A DNA stretch of 64,000 nucleotides, from positions 17,717,028 to 17,781,027 of the forward strand of contig CM082576.2 in assembly GCA_040954595.2 (NCBI GenBank), in the 5' to 3' direction. Source of the DNA: Balanoglossus misakiensis (lineage: Eukaryota > Animalia > Hemichordata). The translations under genes were made by a program, and so were the position numbers. Of this stretch, positions 23,724 to 35,501 are shown piece by piece. Position 1 is the stretch's first letter. Each line of letters opens with the position of its first letter. The notes beneath the pieces were generated by a model. That model was given only the letters and a program-made list of their open reading frames with translations, did not search any database and had not been told where the DNA came from.

Positions 23724-26700
23724 TATTACGGCTGGTTTCTCATGATTGTTCATGCATCGGGGAATCTGTAGCGATGAGGTATCGGGCTCTGACGAGAACA
23801 GTGATCCACGGAGACACGTATCTGATTCACGTTCATTTATTGTCCGGAATTATATAGTACATCAAATACGCCCAGTAAAGTACATGAGGAAGGGAACGAG
23901 CTCAGTAGCCTGAGGTACTCCCATCTCCCGTTAGATTATTTCTTCTCAACTTTGGAAACAAAGTTCTCTTATAATTACTTTTCTCAAGGCGTGGTTAATA
24001 ATGTAAAATATCACAAATACAATGTGTTACAACTTCATTGGGCATCAGTCAACTCTATACGTACCAATTTACATAAGGTGTTATATAACAAAGTCAGTTC
24101 GGTGATGATTGAGAATCAGAGCAGTCAGGTAAACACCCGCTCTCCCTATCTACTTCAAATACATAAAATCAAATACTATCAAACATTGACATTTCCGAGC
24201 TCTGGATTAATTAACCCTTGAAATCGTATTTGACCTTTATACAGATCGTAACACTCCCCTCCTTTTAAACCAATGCGTCCCGCATTGGACACAAATCTCT
24301 TAAAGAGCAGTACACCAAGGGTAATCGTTCAATTCCACCCAAAGAATATATTAAGATGTACCGTATGATTTTGAAATGTAAGAGTACAATATATATAACA
24401 AAATTGAAGTAAAATATTTGAAAAAATCGAGTCATGCATATGAAGTGATCGTCTTGAAAAATTACAAAATTACAATAAAAAAATTACTACAGAATAAAAG
24501 TACATATAAACTTAAAATAGTATGTGCTCATAAAACCTTCGCACACATATCCACCTACTAATATAACCTCTAATAAAATCGCAACTCCTTCTGTAAACCC
24601 ATAAAACGTTGTATCCATCATTCAACACAATCTGAATATCTGTTGTCTTATTGACTCAAACGAAACTCTCTTGCATTATTTTACATCGAACGATCATCCG
24701 ACATTGCTTATTCTCGAGTTACGTCATGTCGGGCAAATTCAATAACATTTAAAAATTTAAAACTGAAACATCTTAGCGTTTTGTCAAAAATCCACTCTTT
24801 ACAACTTCGAAAATGGCATTTTCTTCATTCGAAAATCGGATTTTCTTTGGTTTCTATTTACAAACACATAGCCATTAAAAGGGGCTATTTACACAAATTG
24901 GACCATCTATTTAGGTCATCAAGGTAAATTCAACTCACAACATTTTTCTCCAGTGTTAAAATCTCTGCAACTTCAAACTTCACTGGTAATTTCTTTACAA
25001 CTCAAATACATAAACACATTTAAACAGAGTGACACGGGAACCAGGTTGCACAGCTCTTACAACTAAACTCAGCAAACAACGGATAATAAAATGTCATTCG
25101 ACAACTTACGTAACATTAAACGAATCAAGGGACACGCCAATCGTACACTCACTCATACAGGCCGGCCAACACTCATACCTCTCAGTCATATTCACATTTT
25201 CAATTCACTCAACCACGTGTCGCCCTTTTCCGTTTTTTTTTTCTGTTACGCATATATTTTTCTGTCCATAGATTTAAATGTGCAAATGTGCTATAACCTG
25301 TTTCCCTTGTATCTTTACAGGATTTCTTATCAAATACTCTTTCGCCGTTTCGTTCAAATTGTCTTCATCCTCCCACGTATTATGTTTGTTTGAATAATTC
25401 TTCCACTTAACCAAATACTGTAATTTCCCATTTCTATATCGACCCTTTAACACATTGTCTATATCGTAAAATGGCTCAGAAGCATTAGTCTGACAATTTC
25501 CATTGTTGTCAGTTTCATCGAAAGCACTGGGATTTGTCCTTGACGACAAATCTCTCAATCCCAATCCCTCAATTTGATCAGAACCATTTTCTGATTCTGC
25601 ATATATTTCTGCTTCTGGACTTTGACATATTTCGGTCCCACTTTCATAATTTGTGGTTTCTGGGACATTGTTTTCTTCACACGACTCATCAGATGAGGAT
25701 GAGTCAAACTCAGAGGGGCGCAAATAAGCTCTTTTTAGTCTATTCACATGTATGACTTTACGATAATTCCTGGTGCTATTTATGAAACGCAACTTGTAAT
25801 TAACAGGACCCACCTTCTCAGAAATAATGTAAGGACCTGTCCACTTATGTACGAATTTCTTATTAACTCCTGGTTTAACAGATGGTGTGTATAAATATAC
25901 AGGATCCCCCACTTTAAGATTTTGTGACCGTTGGATATTTTGATCATAACGGTCCTTCATATTCTGTTGATATCGATCTATATTCTCTTTGGCGATTTTA
26001 TGAGCTATCTCCCTTTTAGCAGCTAAATGTTTAAGGTGTGTATCTATATTTCTCGTCCTCCCCTCAACTGGCTGAAACTCAACATCCATGGGCAATGTGG
26101 GATGCCGACCATATAACAGATAATAAGGACTGAACCCACTGGACTCTTGAGGGCTAACTCTATAAGCGAAAAGCACTGAACTTAGGTACCGATCCCAATC
26201 TTTCTGTTTACTATCGACAAACATGGACAGCATGTCGACTAGGCAACCATTGAAACGCTCTGTAAGGCCATTAGTCTGTGGACGATAAGGGGTCGAAACT
26301 TTCCTCTGGATGTTGAAAAATTTGCAAGTTTCACGAACTACTTGGGATAAAAAATTCGATCCCTGATCACTCAGCAAAACTCTGGGGCTGCCATAAGTAG
26401 CAATTACTTCATCAAACAAGATCTTAGCGACTGTCTCAGCTCGTGCATTACGTAATGGATATGCTAGTGGAAATTTAGTAAAGTAATCAGTAAGTACTAA
26501 GATGTATTTATGACCATCATACGTTCTAGGGAGGGGTCCCACAATATCCATACCCAGTCGGTCCCAGGGTCCTGATACTGGAATAGGTAACAACTTAGCA
26601 TGAGTAGGGGGTGTGGCTCTCTTTCGTGTGTGACAATGTGCGCATGTCTTTACGTACATATTAACATCCCGGGGCATCCTTTCCCAAAAATACCTCTGTC

Positions 26701-29700
26701 TTAAAACTCCCAACGTTTTAGTGTATCCCAAATGTCCCGCTAAAACACAATCATGAGCCCACCGCAGAACATAATTTCTTAAGGACTTAGGTATCACAAC
26801 CTGTCTAACACAATCTAATTTACCAGCTGATTTCCCCGTAGGTTTCCAAAAATGATACAAAACCCCGTCAACAATGTCATAATTTGGAGCCATACTAACA
26901 AATTTACGAGCTAACTTTTGATCAGTTGGTAACTCATCATTCTCTAAATAATTAAGAAATTTACTCAAATAATTATCCTTTCTCTGTTCTCCCTTCATTC
27001 GTGATTGCACCTCACTGTCGAATGTTTTATCCACTTCAGTGTTGGAAGCATTTTCCTCCACGTCAGTGTTAGAAGTGTCGTTAGAACTGTTAAGTAAAAT
27101 CCCATACCCAGTCCCAGATGTGTCCTCACTATTAGCAGAATTATGAACCTCAGGTTCGGTTTGTTGCCCTGTATGTATATTATTTATACAAGGTGAGTTT
27201 ATGGGCTCAGTGTTTACACACTTATCTACCATTGGCTGACTGTTAGGCTTGTAATTCATTTCAGGCGCATGCTCTAAATCAGTGACGTCAGACTTGTACC
27301 CCTCACATTGTTGATATGGTCTCCTTGACAACCCGTCAGCATTCATGTGTTTCTTACCAGGTCTATAGATAATTTCGTAATCGTACTGCTGCATGGTCAT
27401 TATCCAACGGCCAATACGCCCCCTTGGTATTTTCTGTTTAAACATGTAAGTCAGATTGGAGTGATCAGTCACTATAGTGACATGGTTGCTCCGTACATAG
27501 TGATCACATTGTCGGATAGCATGAATGACGGCCAAAGCTTCCAATTCTGTAATTGAGTAATTTCTTTCGTGACAGTTTAAACTTCGACCCCCATATAAAA
27601 TCACTCGTTCAACACCATTCTGTCGTTGAGCTAAAACAAACCCCAGGGCATGAGTGGAACTATCGGTATAAATTGTGAAATTTTCATTCATATCAGGATA
27701 CCCTAGAATTGGTGCTTGACACAGGACATGTTTTAATTTCTCGAATGCATGTTCGCATCGATCATTCCATTCAAATTTCGTGTCCTTTCCCAACAATTTA
27801 TGCAGAGGCCTTGCAATGATCGAGAAATTCTTTATAAACTTTCTATAATAATTGGCCAACCCCAAAAATGATTTCAGCTGTGTGACAGTATGAGGACGGG
27901 GATATTCTTTAACAGCTGTTACTTTACTCTCGTCAACCGCAATTCCATCCTTACTGATAATATGACCCAAAAATTTAACACTCTTTCTCATAAATTGACA
28001 TTTGCTGGGCTTTAATTTCAATCCCGCTTGACGTAACCTGGTTAGGACAGTATCAATGTGTTGTAGATGCTCCTCAAAAGAGCTGCTAAATATAATAATA
28101 TCATCGATATAACATAACACATATTGCCACATAATATTGCGTAACACGTGTTGCATAGTACGCTGAAAACAACTGGGACTATTTCGCAACCCCTGGGCAA
28201 GTCTCCTGTATTGATATAACCCTTGATGTGTGACAAAAGCTGTTTTTGGTCTGCTCTCTTCATCTAATTCCAATTGAAAAAATCCTGACTGTAAATCAAG
28301 CGTCGAAAAATACTGAGGCTTATTCTTGCCTAACATTTCAAGAGATTCGTCAGTTCTGGGTAAAGGAAACGAATCAGGCACTGTAATATTATTCAAATGA
28401 CGGAAATCTGTGCAAAAACGCCACGAACCATCAGGCTTTTTGACTAAAACTACTGGACTAGCAAACGGTGAAGTGGACGGCTCGATAATATTTTGTTCTA
28501 ACAGCTGATCAACTTGTCGCTCAAGTTCACGCCTTTTCTCAGGCGTTACTCGGTAAGGTGGGCGACGGAACGGGGCAGCACCCTCTTGTAATCGTATTGT
28601 ATGTTTGATTACATCACAGTTGCCTAAACGACCACTAGAATCAACAAAAGCTTCCATATTGTGCAGTAAAACATCTCTAAGCTGTTTACGCTGTGCCTTA
28701 GTTATCTCTAATTCATTAAATTTCAATTGACCCATCAAATAATCCGTCTCTTTCTGTGTACGGGGCCCTTGAGGTGAGACACAATTAACGGCAGTATTAT
28801 CGAGTGGGACTATTTCACTATTACGGGGCAAAGGCGAAAACATTCCAACAACACTGTTTTTCTTAATTTTGACCACAGTATCCAAAGTGTTTACAACTCG
28901 CATGGGAAGAAAATTCTTATTCGAATAGGCCAACCCCTTAGCTACCAAAATACCCGGGGTTAAGCGTGTTCGTTTATCACAAATACAACCTAAAACTCCA
29001 GTAAGATATTTATACGGTACTTTCACTGGAATAACCATTTCACTTCCAGGTGAAATGTTAACATCAACATTTGTTCTTAACGGTACGTCTGATTGTAATC
29101 TTAAAATATTACCCTTGAAATCAATAACAGCTCTATAACGCTTCATAAAATCAAGTCCCAAAATCAGATTATGCTGAAGAGACTCAACTAAATTAACATA
29201 CAGTAATACACGCTTATTCCCAATAAAAGCAGGTATTTTCATAAATCCAATTACCTTCAATTTGTCTTCGTGTGCTGTATGTACACAATTATATCTGGAC
29301 TTGAACATCGGATAATTCTTTAGAGCGGGAATAAGCTCTAACAACCGAATAGGAGCTACAGTAATATGTGCTCCAGTATCAATTAATGACGTCACTTTTT
29401 CATGACATATTGAAATTGGAATAACATTCTCATGAAAAGCACACCCATCTTTGTTAACAAAGTTTACACCATCTTTAACATTATAGGCACCCTCTTTCCC
29501 GAGTGCATTTATACCTGTACATGACCTCCTGTCGGACGATCCATCAAAATAAAATTTCCGACTAGGCTTCGAAACTTTTCCAGAGAACACATATTTTGAA
29601 CAATTTCTAGCTATATGATCGTAACGCCCACAATTAAAACATGCACGGGAATTAAATTGACTATGTCGAGGAAAACGTTGGGTAGAGTGCCCAGTAAAAT

Positions 29701-31061
29701 TATATCTGTTCCTCTTTACCTTATTGTCTATTGTTCGTTCTCTTGCTCTGTAATTCGTCGATTTCTTCTCTCTGTTTGTCGATCGTCCTCGATGATCTGC
29801 CGCGCTTGATTTGGTCTTCACTTCTTGATCTTCTTGTTTCATCTCGTCAATCCGTGTCGAGATTTGTTGTAAAAGACCCGCTTCTGGCTCGTCTGTCTCT
29901 GGTAATCCTGCCACGACCTCTGCTGTTCGAGCATGTTTGTACGCTGTTTCGAAGTCCTCAGGTGACATTCCCGCTACGAACTTTAGTATGTCCGGTCTCA
30001 GTCCGTTCATGAAGAAAGATAGTATTTCCTCATCAGTCTTTTTCGCTTTTTCTGCTTTTTCGCATATTAATTCCGCATATTGTTCAACAGTCTGGTCCGG
30101 CAGTTGCTTCAGGCGAAACAGTTTCTCGTCATACAGCCACATCGGACCGCACTTATCAAAACGAGCGAGGAAGACATTTTGCAGTGTCGTCAAGTCATTT
30201 TTCTTTTCAGCAGACAGTCTGTAGAACCATCGCTCCGCTTCACCAGTCAAATATAGTCCGATTCCTTTAAGCCGTTTCTCGTCTGACCATTGCTTAAAGT
30301 CAGCAAAGTCTATATATTTTTTCCACCATCGGTGTGCATTCTCAGTCTCTGTACCCGAAAAGAAACCTGGGCCTACCTGACCTCCAGCTCTGAGTGTAAC
30401 CTGTCGTATTTCCGATAATTGACTGTTCATGTCGTTTAGCATCTCGCGATCCATGCTGTAATCTTTCCGCTGGACGTCGCCGTTTCTGTCTCCGATGGAT
30501 TTGTTTCGTCTACCCACGTATCTCCACCATGTATTACGGCTGGTTTCTCATGATTGTTCATGCATCGGGGAATCTGTAGCGATGAGGTATCGGGCTCTGA
30601 CGAGAACAGTGATCCACGGAGACACGTATCTGATTCACGTTCATTTATTGTCCGGAATTATATAGTACATCAAATACGCCCAGTAAAGTACATGAGGAAG
30701 GGAACGAGCTCAGTAGCCTGAGGTACTCCCATCTCCCGTTAGATTATTTCTTCTCAACTTTGGAAACAAAGTTCTCTTATAATTACTTTTCTCAAGGCGT
30801 GGTTAATAATGTAAAATATCACAAATACAATGTGTTACAATTTCATTGGGCATCAGTCAACTCTATACGTACCAATTTACATAAGGTGTTATATAACAAA
30901 GTCAGTTCGGTGATGATTGAGAATCAGAGCAGTCAGGTAAACACCCGCTCTCCCTATCTACTTCAAATACATAAAATCAAATACTATCAAACATTGACAT
31001 TTCCGAGCTCTGGATTAATTAACCCTTGAAATCGTATTTGACCTTTATACAGATCGTAACA
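23724..31061 (-). mobile_element. Young intact Gypsy LTR retrotransposon with chromodomain integrase
   Basis: 530-bp LTRs 23724-24253 and 30532-31061, nearly identical (one substitution seen); TSD CGAC; minus-strand PBS TGGTGGAGAT (tRNA-Ala-like) at ~30520-30529; PPT aaaaggaggggag. Confidence 0.97.
25274..30517 (-). CDS. pol: Gag-Pol polyprotein (gag, CCHC, PR, RT, RH, INT, chromodomain), uninterrupted 1747 aa
   Basis: CFNCGRYDHIARNC, LIDTGA, YIDD, TDSS, HHCC, SDQGSNF, GLTERFN, GPY, and C-terminal YDIDNVL..R..NGKLQYLVKWKNY...NTWEDE.NL. The real start may be a downstream ATG (~30455). Confidence 0.95.
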   Translation of the reverse strand: MGRRNKSIGDRNGDVQRKDYSMDREMLNDMNSQLSEIRQVTLRAGGQVGPGFFSGTETENAHRWWKKYIDFADFKQWSDEKRLKGIGLYLTGEAERWFYRLSAEKKNDLTTLQNVFLARFDKCGPMWLYDEKLFRLKQLPDQTVEQYAELICEKAEKAKKTDEEILSFFMNGLRPDILKFVAGMSPEDFETAYKHARTAEVVAGLPETDEPEAGLLQQISTRIDEMKQEDQEVKTKSSAADHRGRSTNREKKSTNYRARERTIDNKVKRNRYNFTGHSTQRFPRHSQFNSRACFNCGRYDHIARNCSKYVFSGKVSKPSRKFYFDGSSDRRSCTGINALGKEGAYNVKDGVNFVNKDGCAFHENVIPISICHEKVTSLIDTGAHITVAPIRLLELIPALKNYPMFKSRYNCVHTAHEDKLKVIGFMKIPAFIGNKRVLLYVNLVESLQHNLILGLDFMKRYRAVIDFKGNILRLQSDVPLRTNVDVNISPGSEMVIPVKVPYKYLTGVLGCICDKRTRLTPGILVAKGLAYSNKNFLPMRVVNTLDTVVKIKKNSVVGMFSPLPRNSEIVPLDNTAVNCVSPQGPRTQKETDYLMGQLKFNELEITKAQRKQLRDVLLHNMEAFVDSSGRLGNCDVIKHTIRLQEGAAPFRRPPYRVTPEKRRELERQVDQLLEQNIIEPSTSPFASPVVLVKKPDGSWRFCTDFRHLNNITVPDSFPLPRTDESLEMLGKNKPQYFSTLDLQSGFFQLELDEESRPKTAFVTHQGLYQYRRLAQGLRNSPSCFQRTMQHVLRNIMWQYVLCYIDDIIIFSSSFEEHLQHIDTVLTRLRQAGLKLKPSKCQFMRKSVKFLGHIISKDGIAVDESKVTAVKEYPRPHTVTQLKSFLGLANYYRKFIKNFSIIARPLHKLLGKDTKFEWNDRCEHAFEKLKHVLCQAPILGYPDMNENFTIYTDSSTHALGFVLAQRQNGVERVILYGGRSLNCHERNYSITELEALAVIHAIRQCDHYVRSNHVTIVTDHSNLTYMFKQKIPRGRIGRWIMTMQQYDYEIIYRPGKKHMNADGLSRRPYQQCEGYKSDVTDLEHAPEMNYKPNSQPMVDKCVNTEPINSPCINNIHTGQQTEPEVHNSANSEDTSGTGYGILLNSSNDTSNTDVEENASNTEVDKTFDSEVQSRMKGEQRKDNYLSKFLNYLENDELPTDQKLARKFVSMAPNYDIVDGVLYHFWKPTGKSAGKLDCVRQVVIPKSLRNYVLRWAHDCVLAGHLGYTKTLGVLRQRYFWERMPRDVNMYVKTCAHCHTRKRATPPTHAKLLPIPVSGPWDRLGMDIVGPLPRTYDGHKYILVLTDYFTKFPLAYPLRNARAETVAKILFDEVIATYGSPRVLLSDQGSNFLSQVVRETCKFFNIQRKVSTPYRPQTNGLTERFNGCLVDMLSMFVDSKQKDWDRYLSSVLFAYRVSPQESSGFSPYYLLYGRHPTLPMDVEFQPVEGRTRNIDTHLKHLAAKREIAHKIAKENIDRYQQNMKDRYDQNIQRSQNLKVGDPVYLYTPSVKPGVNKKFVHKWTGPYIISEKVGPVNYKLRFINSTRNYRKVIHVNRLKRAYLRPSEFDSSSSDESCEENNVPETTNYESGTEICQSPEAEIYAESENGSDQIEGLGLRDLSSRTNPSAFDETDNNGNCQTNASEPFYDIDNVLKGRYRNGKLQYLVKWKNYSNKHNTWEDEDNLNETAKEYLIRNPVKIQGKQVIAHLHI

Positions 31062-31231
31062 CGACAAATGAGAGGAGGTTATCGTGCCAGAATGAGAGGT
31101 CGTGGTTTCCGCTACAGAGGACCAGTTAGAGGTCGTGGCAACTACAGACAATTTGCTGAACACCGTGATGGTCCAAAAAACTACTACAAAGGGCCAAGGC
31201 CTCAAGCCAAGTCTCAAGCGAAGTAGAGGCT

Positions 31232-32456
31232 ATGGATACCACTGCTGTTTCACCTGTGAGTATTTCACTAGGTAATGTACAAAGTTTTACAGCAGGTAGA
31301 CTGAAACATTTTGCAGATAAATGGCGTAATATTACATCTGATGAACGTATAATTGATATTGCTCTAATATTACATCTGAAAATGCTTCCATTATACAGAA
31401 TCTATCAAAGTTTATATTGTTTTCCACAAGGAAACGTCATAATGCAATACCAGGTTCAACACCTGCAAATGTTGTGTAAATAACTACATGTAAACAGCGT
31501 CTTCAGTGATGTAACTTTATTATATGATGTATACCTATGGGCCGGTGGCCTACAGTATGTGAATAAATAATAATAAAAAAAAAGTATTTGCATGATATTA
31601 CATCTGATGAACGTATAATTGATATTGCTCTGCATGCTCACATTGAATTTACCAATGGTCTTCCACCAGTGCAAGTGTATGCACCTAAATCAGCATCTTT
31701 CAATGCAAATGAGGAGGCCAATATTGCTAATAAAATTAGCAATTTACTTTCGAAACAAGTTATTGTGTATTCTCATCACTGTGCTGGTGAATTTCTGTCA
31801 CCAATTTTTGTTGTACCAAAAAAGGATGGTAATTTCAGAATGATTCTTAATCTTAAGTGTCTTAATGAATCAGTGCAGTATCATCATTTCAAAATGGATA
31901 CTTTTGAAACAGCCATACGCCTCGTTGCACGTGGTTGCTACATGGCATCAGTAGATCTTAAAGATGCGTATTATTCTGTCCCTATTGCAGAAGACCACCA
32001 AAAATATCTCAAATTTGTGTGGAAAAGCAATTTGTTTCAGTATACCTGCCTACCCAATGGATTGGCATCTGCTCCACGTTTGTTTACTAAATTGCTTAAG
32101 CCAGTGTATACTACACTTCGCCAAATGGGTCACGCCATTATGGGTAATATTGATGATTCGTTCCTAGTGGGAAATACCTTCGATGAATGTCATCATAATG
32201 TATTGGATACTGTGGCCCTTGTGGAAGAACTTGGGTTTATGCATCATCCAGTTAAATCTGTTCTCATCCCCACTCAGAAACTCACCTTTTTAGGGTTTGA
32301 GATTGACTCTGTTCTAATGATTGTGACATTAACGCAATATAAAGCTGACAAGCTAGTTTCAGCATGTGCGGATTTGTTGCGGAAAGACTTTGAGTCCATC
32401 CGCATTGTTGCCAGAGTTATTGGTATGATGATTTCCAGTTTCCCTGGAGTAGAATT
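31232..32456 (+). pseudogene. DIRS reverse transcriptase (interrupted)
   Basis: ORFs 31232 and 31588-32463; catalytic YIDD degenerated to NIDD. Confidence 0.9.
31366..31594 (+). mobile_element. Short non-LTR retrotransposon 3' fragment flanked by a 37-bp duplication
   Basis: ENASIIQNLSKFILFSTRKR-like ORF end, ggccggtggcc hairpin, aataaataataataaaaaa tail; direct repeats at 31329-31365 and 31595-31631. Confidence 0.6.
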
Positions 32457-34650
32457 TAGATAGATAGATAGATAGATAGATAGTTTATTTCACCAGAAAG
32501 ATGCATTTTACATAACTGGTGCGGACCAGGGAAGTAGTTCTAGTGGAACTAGTCGTGTCCCTGGCCCTAAATACATACAAATCATTGAAACAATTAATAT
32601 AATTGCCAATTCATATCACAAAACAATAGTTGGTAGTCAAACAACGCGGTGACAAAGTAAACAGGTTTATAAAAGAGGTTAAATTAATCTATGCTCAACA
32701 GATACATTTTCAGAGAGCTTTTAAATAAATTCCTTGATTGAATTGATTTTATTTGTGTAGGAATTTCATTCCAATGCTTGGCAATAGAATAGTATAAATT
32801 ATTTTGAGATGAAGTAAGTTTTACTTTGGGAAGCGTAAACTTATCAGTAGAGGCAAATCTTGTAAAATATTTGTGTGATACAAATGAAGCATAGCGATCT
32901 AGTGAGTGGGCGTAATGCCCTGCCTTTAGATCATACGCAAAAACACAAGTTTGAAATTTACAGAGTTTGTAAACATTAAGAATTCCAAGTTGCTGAAAAA
33001 GTGGTGCGCTATGTGTATTGGGGCTAGAAAATGTTATAAGTCTTACAAGTCTCTTTTGCAATTTGAAAATACAATCTAAATAGGTTTTATACGCATTTCC
33101 CCATATTTCGATACAATACATTATATGGGGAAGGATAAGACAATTGTATAATAATAAAATTATAGACTTAGGGAGATAATGGCGTACATATGAAATAATA
33201 CCGATTTTTTGGCTAACCTTCTTAAAAATAATGTTGATGTGAGACTTCCAGGATAATGATGAGTCAAGAGTAACTCCAAGATAAACAGCAGAAGAAACAT
33301 TATGTAATGGTAAATCAGAGACATATAAATCTCCCTCAGGCTTAAACTTCGCCTGGGCTGTTTTGAAAATAACATAGTTTGTTTTGTCAATATTAATAGT
33401 AAGTTTATTTGACTTACACCAGGTCTGTACTTTAGTTAGCTCAACATTCAGAGTGGCAAGATCGATTTTGTCCTGCTTATCTGAACAAAATAAATTGGTA
33501 TCGTCAGCAAATAACCTGAATTGAAAATAGTCTGAGGAACTGCAGATATCATTTATATATACTAAAAAAAGAAGTGGACCTAGAATTGATCCCTGTGGAA
33601 TCCCACAGGAGATCCTTTTCGCTTTTGAAGTGCAATTATTGACCTTGACATACTGCTGTCGGTCTTCTATATCAGTCTTAAACCAATTAAGTGTGGATCC
33701 CCTAATCCCATAGTGGCATAGCTTAGCTAACAAAATTGTGTGGTTAATCGTATCAAATGCCTTTTTAAAATCAATAAAGATACCAAAGGTTACAAGACCG
33801 TTATCAATGTGCTTTGATATTTCAGTTGTGAGATCTGCTAAAGCTAACTTAGTACTATATTTCTTACGAAATCCATATTGGCTGTTAGTGAGAATATCAA
33901 TTTTTTCGAAAAAAGAACACAGTTGCTTATTTACAATAGACTCATACAGCTTACTAAATATTGGCAAGACAGAGATAGGTCTGTAGTTTCCTATTTCATG
34001 AACACAGCCCTTTTTAAAAATTGGTGTTACTCTTGCCATTTTCAGTTTCTCTGGAAAAATACCCTGTGACAAGGAAATATTAACAATATGAGCAAATGGT
34101 ACTGTAATATAATCAGCTGCTTCCTTTACAAGTTTTGGATATATTTCATCAAAACCAGCAGCTTTACAATGGTCTAATAAATTAATTTCTCTGAGTATAT
34201 CACCAGAATGCACAGGATGGAAAAAGAAAGAATTAAAATGACGAATACCAAGGTAATCATTGACATTAGTGCTACAATGTATTTGTGATGCTAGATTTTG
34301 TCCAATGTTGACAAAAAAAGAATTAAAAGCGTCAGCTATATCAATATTTTTAGTAACAAAATTCCCAGGGTTTTTGTCATCTTTTATTTTTTGTGGAGCA
34401 TTAACCTTTGAATTTTTGTTCAGGATTTCATTGATGACTTGCCATTTTTTGTGGTCCTTCCCAGAGGCTACAGACAGTTGCAATTTATCACAAAAATACT
34501 TCTTTTTTGCTCGTCGCATCAGCTTTGTTAACAGGTTGCGATAAAGTTTGTACTCTTGATGAATAGATGAGCTTGCAGAATGGCGTTTTGTTTTGGAGAA
34601 CATCTTGTGCTTGTTTTTGATTGAGACCAGAAGTCCTTTTGTGATCCATT
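32457..34650 (-). mobile_element. 5'-truncated CR1/L2-group LINE (Crack/Daphne-like) with (TCTA)n tail
   Basis: ORF 32684-34603 has NYRPISVL, QYGFR, DFKKAFDT, GIPQGSILGP and FADDT; minus-strand tail aataaa(ctat)n. The DIRS frame resumes at ~34651 (PLFYRSL). Confidence 0.93.
32684..34603 (-). CDS. LINE ORF2 RT portion, open over 639 aa
   Basis: Complete RT motifs; the endonuclease is missing due to 5' truncation. Confidence 0.85.
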   Translation of the reverse strand: MFSKTKRHSASSSIHQEYKLYRNLLTKLMRRAKKKYFCDKLQLSVASGKDHKKWQVINEILNKNSKVNAPQKIKDDKNPGNFVTKNIDIADAFNSFFVNIGQNLASQIHCSTNVNDYLGIRHFNSFFFHPVHSGDILREINLLDHCKAAGFDEIYPKLVKEAADYITVPFAHIVNISLSQGIFPEKLKMARVTPIFKKGCVHEIGNYRPISVLPIFSKLYESIVNKQLCSFFEKIDILTNSQYGFRKKYSTKLALADLTTEISKHIDNGLVTFGIFIDFKKAFDTINHTILLAKLCHYGIRGSTLNWFKTDIEDRQQYVKVNNCTSKAKRISCGIPQGSILGPLLFLVYINDICSSSDYFQFRLFADDTNLFCSDKQDKIDLATLNVELTKVQTWCKSNKLTINIDKTNYVIFKTAQAKFKPEGDLYVSDLPLHNVSSAVYLGVTLDSSLSWKSHINIIFKKVSQKIGIISYVRHYLPKSIILLLYNCLILPHIMYCIEIWGNAYKTYLDCIFKLQKRLVRLITFSSPNTHSAPLFQQLGILNVYKLCKFQTCVFAYDLKAGHYAHSLDRYASFVSHKYFTRFASTDKFTLPKVKLTSSQNNLYYSIAKHWNEIPTQIKSIQSRNLFKSSLKMYLLSID

Positions 34651-35066
34651 GACCTTTATTTTATAGGTCTCTTGACATAGCAAAGATTTCATCATTAAAA
34701 CTTCACAAAGGCAACTTTGATGCCAACATGGCTATCACAAAAGATATGAAGGTTGATTTAACCTGGTGGTTTCACAATCTACTCAATGAGAAACGTTGCA
34801 TTTGTAGGTGTAACCCTGAAATTTGTGTGTCTTGTGATGCCTCCAACCTCGGTTGGGGCTTTAGTTGTGATGGAAAAAGGGGAGGGGGCAGATGGACAGC
34901 CCAGGAGGCTAGTCACCACATCAACTATTTAGAGTTACTGGCAATATATTTGTCATTGAACTCAGTTGAATATTTAATTAAGAATAAACACGTGAAAGTG
35001 TTTTCTGATAACACTACAGCAGTAGCGTATGTAAATAAAATGGGCGGAGTAAAGCTTGTGTCTTAG
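34651..35066 (+). pseudogene. DIRS RT-thumb/RNase H fragment
   Basis: DLTWW, CDASNLGWG, GGRW, HINYLELLA, SDNTTAV. Confidence 0.9.
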
Positions 35067-35501
35067 TCTTAGACAAGTATGGCTTCTGTATTTCTATAGT
35101 TCCAGACTGTTAAGTGTCCATTGCTATTTTCCTAGTCTGACCCTGCCCAATCCCGGCCGCTGGCTGCAGAGTAGCTCCAGCGGCGTGAGAAAGCGACAGG
35201 GAACCAGACTAGTCTGGTCGTCCACTGCCCCATTCCCATCGCTAGCTGCGGTACCCCCCCAAAAAGGTGTGTGGCATGGGTGGTTGGGTGGATTTGTCGG
35301 TCAGTTAGTCGGCCGGTAAGAGAGACCAGTGATTTCGTTCCCCACTGATAGTATTATACATTAGACATTTGGCTTTAAGTTACCGCTATATCATTCAACA
35401 GGCACATATAGTATTTGGCATTTTGTATCGGACCAGTCAAACCGTTTGTGTATGTGAGTGTTTTTCTCTGACATGCGCAAATTTACTTTGCCATTGTTAT
35501 C

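Larger units (their letters stand above)
22706..35055 (+). mobile_element. DIRS1-like retrotransposon (gag, RT, RNase H), 3'-truncated, with three nested insertions
   Basis: gag 22706-23723 + 31066-31226 rejoins in frame (KIGVR|QMRGG). RT shows FTAGRLKHF..W, HHFKMDT, DLKDAYYSVPI and NIDD; RNase H shows DASNLGWG, HINYLEL and SDNTTAVAYVNKMGG. No YR gene is seen. Confidence 0.92.

Noticed and set aside
23724-23857. C-terminus of ORF 22706-23857 and LTR ORFs 23952-24221 / 30760-31029
   Set aside because: Read-through into LTR sequence; the true gag end is at 31066-31226.
35133-35211. Tiny tagtctg...cagacta inverted repeat
   Set aside because: The 7-bp arms are too short to call an element without other copies.
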